Shown: piece by piece, positions 1 to 9,814 of the stretch
How positions within the stretch are numbered: position 1 is the stretch's first letter
Layout: each line of letters starts with the position of its first letter
DNA from: Octopus sinensis
Taxonomy: Eukaryota
Direction: 5' to 3'
DNA length: 17,828 bases
Assembly: GCF_006345805.1 (NCBI RefSeq)
Contig: NW_021824639.1
Location: forward strand, 1 to 17,828
Made by a program: the position numbers and the translations under genes
Notes under the pieces: model-generated
What the model was told of the DNA's origin: nothing
What the model saw: only the letters and a program-made list of their open reading frames with translations
The model's database searches: none

Positions 1-17
1 TATCTATCTATCTCTAT

Positions 18-3000
18 TGACGGATGTGATGTCGTTTCAGCTCCGAAGGTAATCATTTATTTTGACTATTTAAAACGTGTATATTGACAAACCAATCATC
101 CGCACACACACCACCCACCACCGAAACACATCAGATTTTTACCCATAACACAAGCAACAACACCACATACTGAAAACATTTTCCGAATGCGGTAGGCGGG
201 TATCAACGATACCTGTCGACGAAAAAACTATACAACACCCTCATCAAAAACGATACAAAAGGAGGAAAGAAGAAAAAAGTGAAAACTTTAAAATGAGTAA
301 GTGACCTCACTTCTTGCCTCTTGTCTCTTCTAATATAGTGTGTAAAACACAATTTCGTAAATGTCAAGTATGCTTAAATTAGGTTGTGTGAATGCGCGTG
401 GCTTGGCGTCGGCTTGGAAGCAAGGTTACCTTCTAACGACATACAGTCACTGGACGTGGATATAGTAGCTATCAGTGAAACACCAGAACTCAAGTAAGCC
501 GCGGCGCCGTCGAGTCAGGTTTGGCAATCAATTTGACATTTATTTTTCTCCTTGTCGCCGAACATGGGTGGTGGAGGTACTGCGGTGCTTTTTCGAAAGA
601 GTCTAAAAGTAAAAGTAAGAGCAATATTCCTAGACCCGGAGGGTAGGCTGGTTGTCTTGGACGTGGATGGCAGAATGGTGTGCATTCCGTCTGATGGCAG
701 TTATGCACCGTCCTTAACGGGTCGGGCGGATTTCTTCAGACGTCTAGAGGTTTTCCTGGGTACGTCTAGACCTTTACTGTTAGTAGGGGATTGAAAGCTA
801 CCTTGGACACGCATCTAGATTATGTGGGAAGGGATAGGAATAGAAGGGGGTGTAAGAGCCTCAAAGACCTGCTCAGACGTTTCCATTTGCTGACAGGTTC
901 CGACTCGACCATCCGAACGTGCCAACGTGGACTTGGACAAACCGCGTCGGATCGTCGAGATCTTATCTAGATAGAATTCTATGCAGGACAGCGGATAGGG
1001 ATAGTGTAGGATGTCCACAATTTAAAATAGTCAGCTACACAGATCACAAATTTGTTACGTGTACGCTCGACTTAGATAAAACACATAGGCAGGGTCCCGT
1101 TTACTGGAAACTGAACACGTCGCTGTTAGCGCGACAGGTTTACAGGAACCGGATTAGCGAGTTAATTAAGAGGCGCTGACGGGAGCGTCGTTAACAACCG
1201 CTGGTGGTACGCCCTGAAAATGGCAATAAAATCGGAATCAATTAGGTTTACCAAGGAATTAGCGATAGAACAAAAAAATAGAGTAGAGGGAGACTTAGTT
1301 AAGAAACTAGAAGAGGCACTTACCACTGGCAGCGCAACCAACGTGCTGGCTGCGAGGATGGCCCTCGACCAACACCTCAACGCCAAGCACGAAGGTTGCG
1401 CGTCGTCAGAGCTAAAATGCGTGCCTTAAGGAACGAAGGGATTGAGCTGCGCGAGAAGGCCCGGGTAGCGGAGGCGCAGCGTGGCAACAGATCAACCATT
1501 CGGTCTCTAATAGATCAACAGGGATGCAGTTTTACTCGAACCCGAAAGGATGTGTGAGGCCTTTCAACAGCACTTTGCTCGACTGTTTGGTGCGAGTGGT
1601 GGGTCGGAACGAGGGATGGATTTCAGTGCCTACCTGACCGACCTGCCGCGGCTCTCGGCAAGAGAAGCGGAGTGTTGTGAAAGTCCCATCACAGGCCGCT
1701 GACGTGTGGGATGCGATGGCGGGCTGTGGCGAGGGATAAGTCGCCTACGAGCTGTATTGTCGAATGCCAGACTTGTTTGGCGACCTCTTGGCATCAGTCT
1801 ACTGCAACTGGCAACAAAACGGGAGAATCCCCGGTTTCGTGAGCCGAGGTGCAGTGACGTTGCTGAAGAAAGACTCAAACAAGGGGAATTTTATAGATAA
1901 TTTCAGGCCCATCACTCTGCTCAACGCAGATTTGAAAATTTTGGCCAAGTAATAGCCGAGAGGTGGCGCTTGTCATTGGTAAACTGGTCGACAGGGCGCA
2001 AACATGCGCCGTGCCGGGCAGAACCATACATGACAACCTCCATCTGATGCGCTAACTTGTGGACAGGGTAGTTAAGGATCCTGGCATGGGTGGGGCGCTA
2101 ATAAATTTGGATCAGTCTAAAGCCTTCGATAGGTCGACCATCGGTACTTGGCGGCCGTCCTCAGGGCTGCTGGCTTCGGTCCCGTGTTCCGCGGTTGGAT
2201 CGCTGCCTTGTATAGCGGCATCCGATCGGTGATTCGGGTGAACGGTCACCTGTCTAAAAAACCGTTTGACATCACGCGTTCGGTCCGTCAGGGGTGTCCC
2301 CTGTCGGCGCTTCTGTATGTATTGACTCTCGAGCCGCTACTGCGGAAGCTGAACGGCGACACTGAGGGGCATCCCACGGGAACTGGGTTGCGGGACGAGC
2401 GTGTCGGCATATGCGGACGATGTCACCGTCATAGTGTCGAGCTACCAGCACATCGAGCTGGTCGCGAGACACTAAGAAAATATGAAACGGTGACGGGAGC
2501 AAAGATTAACCCGGAAAAGTCAGTGGGTTTGCTACTCGGCACCTGGAGAAGCAAGCCCATGCCGTCCGACTGCGGCTCAGTAGTGGGACGCTGGACGGAC
2601 GGACCGGTTAAATTGCTCGGGGTCTGGTTCAGTCCGGACCTCCAAATGGATAAGAACTGGACGAGATCACGAGTAGAGTGGTCGCTCTCAGCCAAACATG
2701 GGCCGAGAGAAAGCTGTCTCTAAAAGGCCGGGCGGAGGTGGCGAACGCGTACATCGCATCCGTCATCGATTACCGCCTGGACCGTTGTACCTTGTCCCGA
2801 CCCACCATCACCAAACTGGAACGCTTACTCTTCCGCTTCCTGTGGAAGGGTGGCGTTCCGATGGTGAGGAAGTCCATTTGCTGTCACAAATCCGTTGAAT
2901 GGAGGACTGGGCATGCCGTGTTGATGATGCGCAGGCATGCGTGGAGACTGCGACAATCTCTGGAAATTCATCGACGACGGTGAACAGGTGTGGGCGCGAC

Positions 3001-4078
3001 TTCCCGCAGCTCGTCTCACTGACCGAACTGCAAACGTGGATAATCAAAGAGCCCGAACTGGGCGATTGGCACCGAGAGTGTCGCCAAGCTCTACAGCAGC
3101 TCTGCCGACCGGGTCAAACTTGTGCAACTTCAAACGACTAAAGCGTTCTATAGAGGACTAGTGGAGGGGAGGTCCGACGACACACTCGGGGCAAACCTGG
3201 GCGTCGACGAGGAATTCCTAACCCGCCTGTTCAGGACAACGTTCGGGCCGGGGCCTATGGATAACTTCCAGAAATCCCTGGCTTGGCGTGCTATCGAGAC
3301 GCCTACCTGTTCGAGAGAAGAGCTACAGACACGGTTCGAAAACCATCACCGGACCGCCCCTGCCCGAGATGCGGTCAGAGCGACGAAACCGTTCTGCACG
3401 CACTCGTGCAGTGTCCATATTTCAGAGCTGTGGTCCTTCGTCGAACAGCTGTTGTCACGTGTAGGTCAGGCTCTCGCCTATCGGCCGAGTCTATCTTGAA
3501 TATTGTTCCACCACCTTCCTTTAAACGGGAAGGGAAAACGGTTTTCATTACGCTGATGGCTATGGCGAAAGAATGTGTGTGGAGGACGCGTTTGAAAGGA
3601 CTGCAAACAAACTCCTTCCTCTCTGGTCAGTCTCTCGTCAACTTTTTCAAGTACCACTTGAAAAGGAGGATGAGAATAGAGAGGAAGGCTTTGTCGAACG
3701 AATGTTTTAATAATAAAAGTGGGTAAAAGTGGCAAAAATGGTCAGTATGAAGACGACACTATTTTAAGCATAAATCTGTAACCAAAAGAGACAACGAGAA
3801 GTAAGGCGACTTACTCATGTGTTCTTTTTCGAATTGCCTGAGGTGAGCTTGGTCTTTTTTGTAGGTTTTCTTTCCAAGACTACACCTAAACTGTGAACCT
3901 TATATATATATATATATATTGCTTTTTTATACACCACACCCCCCCAGTACATCCCTATTGATCAAAGGTTTTTTTTTTTTTTCTTGCCCCACCCATCCCA
4001 CCTCGAAAAGAAAAAATTCTACATTGTATTTCGTCCATTTTTATCTGTGTTTAGCCCTGTGTGGCTACAATAAAAAGT
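18..4078 (+). mobile_element. Tx1-type (L1 clade) non-LTR retrotransposon, copy A; complete but broken ORF2 plus 3' UTR
   Basis: APE endonuclease, RT and C-terminal CCHC motifs in order (next feature). 3' UTR 3781-4078 with AATAAA at 4069-4074, followed directly by TATC repeat; TATC repeat also at 1-16. The 5' boundary is approximate; 18-296 may be a remnant ORF1 tail. Confidence 0.9.
361..3780 (+). pseudogene. Frameshifted ORF2: APE endonuclease - reverse transcriptase - CCHC zinc motif
   Basis: MSSMLKLGCVNARGL from 361; DIVAISET; LLLVGD*; TWTNRVGSSRSYLDRIL; YTDH; WKLNTSLL; NFRPITLLNADLKILAK; LDQSKAFDR; SVRQGCPLS; YADD at 2410-2421; LSLKGRAEVAN; CPRCGQSDETVLHALVQC from 3361. The ancestral stop is probably TAA 3778-3780, by alignment to copy B. 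Confidence 0.92.
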
Positions 4079-4105
4079 TATCTATCTGTCTGTCTGTCTG
4101 TCTGT

Positions 4106-4144
<39 letters not shown>
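4079..4144 (+). repeat. Compound tetranucleotide microsatellite (TATC)-(TGTC)n-(TGCC)n between Tx1 copies A and B
   Basis: Read directly from the sequence. Confidence 0.95.
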
Positions 4145-5655
4145 AGAAGAACTATAACGAGTAGGGTGGTCACTCTCACCCGGCAATGGGCCGAGAGGAA
4201 ACTGTCCCTAAAAGGTCGGGCGGAGGTGGCGAACACGTACATCGTGTCCGTCATCTACTACCGCCTGACCGTCGTACCTTGTCCCGACCCTACCATCACC
4301 AAACTACAACGCATTCTCTTTCTCTTCTTGTGGAAAGGATGCGTCCCGATGGTCAGGCGATCCATTTGCTGTCAACACCCGTTAAAAGGAGGGCTGGGCA
4401 TGCCGTGGTTGATGATGCGCAGACACGCGCTGAGACTGCGACATCTCTGGCTCTATGTAGACGACGGTGAACAGGTGTGGTCGCCGTTTGTGAGGCACGC
4501 TTTCCCGCAGCTCGTCTCCATGACCGAACTGCAGTCGTGGATCAAAAAGAGGCCGAAGAAGGGCGAATGGCACCGCGAGTGTCGCGTTGCTCTCAAGCAA
4601 CTCTGCCGTCCTGGGTCGACCTTGAGTGACTTCAACACAACCAAAGCATTCTTTAGGGGTTTAGTGGAGGGGAGGTACGACGACGAGCTCGGGGCGAACC
4701 TGGACGTCGACGAGGAGTACCTGACCCGCCGTTCGGACGACTTCGGGCCAGGGCCCATGGACAACTTCCAGAGATCCCTGGCCTTGCAGTGCTACCGAGA
4801 AGCGCTACCCGTTCGGGATAAGCTTTACAGACAGGCTCGAGAAACACGGGGCCGACCTGCCCGAGATGCGGTCAGAGCGACGAAACGTTCTGCACGCACT
4901 CGTGCAGTGTCCAACAATTTCCGACCTGTGGGCTTGTGTCGAACAACTGCTGTCACGTGTGGGACGAGTCGGTTTATCAGCTGAGTCTATCGTTAATAAT
5001 GTCACGCCTCCCTCCTTCAAACGGGAAGGAAGAGCTATTTTCATCATCCTTGTGGCTATGGCGAAAGAATGTATCTGGTGGACGCCTCTGAAAGGATTGG
5101 AGACAAACACTTTCCTCTGGTCAATCTCTCATCAACTTCCTCAAGTACCACTTGAAAAGGAAAGTGAGAGTAGAGAGGCAAGTTTTGTCTAGCGAATGTT
5201 TTAAAAAAAAAGATGGGTGAATGTAGCAAGAATGGCACGTATGAATGACGAAGCCACCTTGAGCATGATCCTATGAACCCAGAAATTGAAAACAGAGAGT
5301 TGCTTATTTGCAAAAAAAAAAGAAAAAAAGAAATATAACATGTGACTCCATTGACCGAGGTTACCGTGGTCTTTTCCGTTGGCTTTTCTTTCCACGGGTA
5401 AACCTCACCTGTCCTCCCCTTTACACTTCATATTGACATTTCTGTGATAACGATCCCTATTGATCAATTTTTTTTTTTCCTCTCCCCCTTTTTTTTAACC
5501 CCCCTTTTTTTGTCCTCTTTCTCTCCTTTTACGATCCTTTTGATCGAAACTCCCCCTTCCTTTTTTTATTTATTTTTTTTAAACCTTCAAAAGAAAAGCT
5601 CTACCTTGTAATTTGTTCTATCTGTGTGCAGCCCTGTGTGGCTAATAAAGAAACA
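4145..5655 (+). mobile_element. Tx1-type LINE copy B, 5'-truncated, different subfamily from A
   Basis: Starts at sequence homologous to ~2650 of copy A (SRVVTLTRQWAERKLSLKGRAEVAN...GGLGMP...); CCHC region near 4858-4912; stop TGA 5274-5276; AATAAA 5644-5649, then TATC repeats. Confidence 0.92.
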
Positions 5656-5700
5656 TATCTATCTACCTATCTATCTATAATCTTTCTGTCTATCTGTCTG
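5656..5700 (+). repeat. Imperfect (TATC)/(TGTC) microsatellite between copies B and C
   Basis: Read directly from the sequence. Confidence 0.9.
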
Positions 5701-6228
5701 TCAATCTCTCATCAACTTCTTCAAGTACCACTTGAAAAGGAAAGTGAGAGTAGAGAGGCAAGTTTTGTCTAGCGAATGTTTTAAAAAAAGATGGGTGAAT
5801 GTAGCAAGAATGGCACGTATGAATGACGAAGCCACCTTGAGCATGATCCTATGAACTCAGAAATTGAAAACAGAGAGTTGCTTATTCGCAAAAAAAAAAA
5901 AAAGAAATATAACATGTGACTCCATTGACCGAGGTTACCGTGGTCTTTTCCGTAGGCTTTTCTTTCCACGGGTAAACCTCACCTGTTCTCCCCTTTACAC
6001 TTCATATTGACATTTCTGTGATAACGATCCGTATTGATAAAAAAAATTTTTTTTTCCTCTCCCCCTTTTTTTTAACCCCCCTTTTTTTGTCCTCTTTCTC
6101 TCCTTTTACGATCCCTTTTGATCGAAACTCCCCCTTCCTTTTCTTTTTTTTTTAAACCTTCAAAAGAAAAGCTCTACCTTGTAATTTGTTCTATCTGTGT
6201 GCAGCCCTGTGTGGCTAATAAAGAAACA
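5701..6228 (+). mobile_element. Tx1-type LINE copy C, 3'-terminal ~530 bp, near-identical to 5121-5655
   Basis: Colinear with the end of copy B, differing by a handful of substitutions and homopolymer lengths; AATAAA 6217-6222, then TATC repeats. Confidence 0.93.
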
Positions 6229-6256
6229 TATATCTATCTATCTATCTATCTATCTA

Positions 6257-6346
<90 letters not shown>
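6229..6346 (+). repeat. Compound microsatellite (TATC)n-(TC)n-(TA)n
   Basis: Read directly from the sequence. Confidence 0.95.
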
Positions 6347-6347
<1 letters not shown>

Positions 6348-6437
6348 TGGAGATGAATGGATTTATGGTTAGATCGTATGTGATCTTCTTCTAGCATATG
6401 GCTGTCCACATAGTGGTTTTTAGCCCTAAATATACAC

Positions 6438-6441
<4 letters not shown>

Positions 6442-6496
<55 letters not shown>
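6442..6496. repeat. (TA)n microsatellite
   Basis: Read directly from the sequence. Confidence 0.95.
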
Positions 6497-6501
<5 letters not shown>

Positions 6502-6562
6502 CAATGATAGTTTTGATTGTTATTTTCATATTTGTGTATGTCTATGTCTCTATTTGTGTGTT

Positions 6563-8451
6563 ATCACCATCATCATCATCATCATCATCACCATCATTAT
6601 CATCATTTAACATCCACTCACCATACTGGCATGTGTCGGCTGGTTTGACAGGAGATTATGAGTCGGTGAGCTGCCCCACGTTCCTGTCTGATTTGGCATG
6701 GTTTCTACAGCTCGATGTCCTTCCTAATGCTAACCACCCCAGGTGTGTAACTGGTGCTTTCAGATGCCACCGGCACGGGTGCCACTTGCATGACACCGAC
6801 AATGGCCACGACTACGATTCACGGATGGTTGCCATTTAAATGGCACCACCAACGACGATAATTCCCAGGTGCCAATTTACATGGCACCATCGGTGACCAC
6901 AACTATGATACCCAGGTGTCATTGACATGGCACCGGAAGCGAACAGCCACGGCTATGATGCACGGCTGCCACTTATAGGACACTGGCACGACCACATCCT
7001 TATCGTCACTTGGCCTGACATGTCCTCTCCCGCAGAGAATATCACCAGGGCTCTCGGTCACTTGTCATCTCCTCTATGATGTCCAACGGTTGGAGATCAT
7101 TCTTCATCAACTCATCGAAAGTCTTCTTGGGTCTCCGTCTTCCAAAGGATCCTTCCACAGTTAGAGATCGGCACTTTTTGATACAGCTGCCATGTCCATA
7201 CACAGCGCAAGACCATACCAACGCAGACGTCTCTCTTGCACACCCTATTTGATGTCTTCAATGCTCAGCTTTTCTCTCAAGACTCCTATACTCTGTCGTA
7301 CATGCACACTGACATTTTACATCCAGCGAGGCCTACTGGCTTCATTTCTTTCAAGCCTATGGAAGTCCTCAGAGAGGTCACATCCCATGTTTCACTGACA
7401 TGTAACATAGTTGTTTACACACAGGCATCATAACGTCTGCCTTTCAATCTCAGGGAGACGCTCTTTGTTACCATTAGAGTTAAGATTACTCTGAACTTTG
7501 CACGTCTTAATCTTATTCTTGCAGCTACACTCAAGGAAGAACAAACCTCACTCCTGACTTGGCCAACTAGATAGCGGAAACTATCAACTCCCAGTAGCTT
7601 ACCTACCTGGCAATTGATGGACTCTATTTTCTCTACATTTGTGCTGTTTATTGTACTTGTGCACCTTCCACACAGAAAAACTATTATCCCCGTTAACCTT
7701 CCTCTGATATTGCTGCAACACTTATGTGTCCATACCTTACACTAGGCACATCTTATGAACTTCCTACCTACGCTTTTTCTACAGATCAAACAGTGCCATC
7801 TTCCTGAGGAGATTTGTGAATTGTCCGCTTTCCTACTTACTAAGATTGCTTTTTTTAGATGAGTTTAAGGCTCGTTGATTCTAGTCCTTACTGATATACC
7901 TAAAATTTACCTAGTTCTGAAAGTTATTCGGCTATGATAACAAGGTCATCAGCATTGGGGATCTCCTAGAAGCGGTCATCTTAAATCCCTCTGTTATTGC
8001 CTGGAGGACTCTGATAAACAGGAAGGCGCTGAGGACTAATCCATGATGAACCCCTACTTGTACCCTAATTGATTGCTACACACGATGCCAAACCTCACCT
8101 TACTGACAGCATCCCTGTACATGACTTGTAACGCTCTCACCAACCATTCGTCCATCCCTAGCTTTTGCAGTGACCAGCAAATAAGGGATCGAGGAATCCT
8201 GTCAAAGCCTTTCTCGTGTTTAACAAAGGCCCAGTACAAGGGTTTATCTTTGGCTTGGTACTTCTCCTGCAGCTGCCTTACCAGGAATATAGCATCAGAG
8301 GTGCTTCGCTCTGGCACAAAACCAAATTGCACTTCTTCTGGTCTAACACACGTCCTAATTATTTTGTCTGTGACCCTCTGAGTAATTTTCATTGCTTCAT
8401 CTAATAGTGTGATACCTCTGTAATTCTTTCCGTGCAAGGCATCATCCTCCC

Positions 8452-8455
<4 letters not shown>
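6563..8455 (-). mobile_element. RTE-clade LINE, 5'-truncated and decayed, with (ATG)n tail
   Basis: Minus strand gives NYRGITLLD, QFGFVPERSTSDAIFLVRQLQEKY, GFDRIPR, ADDLVIIAE (~7925-7958), DSFRYL (~7567-7584), MLHVSETW and RRLRWYG. (CAT)n at 6563-6606 is the tail. The 3' UTR motifs recur at 10857+ and 17417+. Confidence 0.9.

Positions 8456-8483
<28 letters not shown>
8456..8483. repeat. (GT)n microsatellite
   Basis: Read directly from the sequence. Confidence 0.95.
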
Positions 8484-8486
<3 letters not shown>

Positions 8487-8629
8487 TTGTAATTATTTGG
8501 AATTTGTGTATACATTTAGAAGTATGCCGCTTAAAGATCTTTCGCTGATTCGGTTACCTCATGTCATCCACAGTTGAGCTATAAGTGACACTGGATCTAC
8601 CTCATGTATTCTGCAGTGTTCGTTCAGTT

Positions 8630-9068
8630 TATAATGACTGAGGGAAGCAGAAAATGGAGTTAACGAGATTTTCATTCATCGCAACGATTGTTTCAATCCA
8701 TCTTGCATCGGGCCCTTGCAGGTAGGATATTGTATAACTGGTTGTTGTACATCCTCCGTTGCAGATGCATGTCATCGGGTGTCTTGTTTTAAAGAAGATA
8801 CCTCTGTAAATATATTCGGTTTCGCTTGGAATGTTGTTGTTGCCAGAAGGCTGTTGTCTCTCATGTTGTAATCCAAGAAGCTCCTAGCAACAACATGTCA
8901 AGTGAAACTGAATATATTTAGTGAGGTATCTTTACATTAAAACAAGGCACCCGATGAGATGCAACACAACATGTATAGTAGCCCACCCGCAAGTGACCGA
9001 TGCAAGATGAGTCGAAACGGTCGTTGTGATGCATATTCTCGTGAACTCCGTTTCCCCAATTCATTATA
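8630..9068. repeat. Long imperfect inverted repeat (foldback); arms ~8630-8851 and ~8880-9068, spacer ~28 nt
   Basis: The reverse complement of the left arm aligns colinearly with the right arm, e.g. AAGCGAAACCGAATATATTTACAGAGGTATCTT vs AAGTGAAACTGAATATATTTAGTGAGGTATCTT; AAAACAAGACACCCGATGACATGCA vs AAAACAAGGCACCCGATGAGATGCA; CCGATGCAAGATG is shared. Confidence 0.88.
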
Positions 9069-9501
9069 TGTATTTATATATGTAACACTGATGTTTATGT
9101 GTGTGTGTGCGTGCGTGCGCATTAGTTTTATGCATGTGGACGCTAACCGGCTCAGCAGTTTTATGAACCCCTTATTAATGTAGCAACGTCAAAAGTAAAC
9201 ATTAGAAATTATAATTCTTCTTTACTTGACTTGATCTGCTAATCATGTGTTTACTCTAGTTCTGTTGCCCTACAACTTACTATAGTGAGGGGCAAATGTA
9301 GGACATCTTAATATGTTTATCATGTCTCTAACACACACATGTATCAGGTTATAGAAGGTCCTTATGGAAGATTTATTTCACTGACAAACATCAAATGTAT
9401 TTGATCAGTTTGATCTAGTACCCAGTAGAAAACTGTAATGACATTGATATCAACCCTGATTTTCATGTAAATTTTCATTTTCCATTTTTACCTCCACAAA
9501 G

Positions 9502-9714
9502 GATTCGGTGAATTTAGAAATTGTGAACAAAAAATATAGGACACCATTGCTTGAAGCTGTTTCGAACGGTCACCTCGGAATAATGCAGCGGCTGATAGCC
9601 AGGGGCGCGAATGTAAATGTTGTCGAACATGGAGGAAATAATTGCCTGCATCTGGCGTTAAAAAGAGAAAACAACTTTCATTCTGAGGTGGAGCACATGA
9701 CCATGTTAGATCAG
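9502..9714 (+). CDS. Internal exon (phase 0-0) with ankyrin repeats; ankyrin + RING (MIB-like) E3 ligase
   Basis: Pyrimidine tract plus AG at 9500-9501; GT at 9715; 213 nt: DSVNLEIVNKKYRTPLLEAVSNGHLGIMQRLIARGANVNVVEHGGNNCLHLAL...LDQ, matching the ankyrin consensus. Confidence 0.9.
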
Positions 9715-9738
9715 GTAGTTTTCACATTTTTGTGACTA

Positions 9739-9783
9739 TGTGTGTGTGTGTATGTGTTGTGTGTGTGTGTGTGTGCATTTGTG

Positions 9784-9814
<31 letters not shown>

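Noticed and set aside
18-296. Tx1 ORF1
   Set aside because: Only a short Lys-rich frame ending at TGA ~294-296, with stops and no zinc knuckle or RRM; cannot be supported
4061-4984. 307-aa ORF as an independent gene
   Set aside because: The N-terminus is translated microsatellite (CLSV/CLPA); the rest is truncated Tx1 ORF2 that shifts out of frame
490-5969. Minus-strand ORFs over the Tx1 array
   Set aside because: Antisense shadows of GC-rich LINE coding sequence with no recognisable motifs
6118-6839. ORFs rich in YI/LSI/SSS
   Set aside because: Translations of TATC, TA and CAT microsatellites
6778-6984. CRISPR-like array of palindromic repeats with spacers
   Set aside because: Linkers are related to each other, repeats are degenerate, there are no cas genes, and it lies in a eukaryotic LINE 3' UTR
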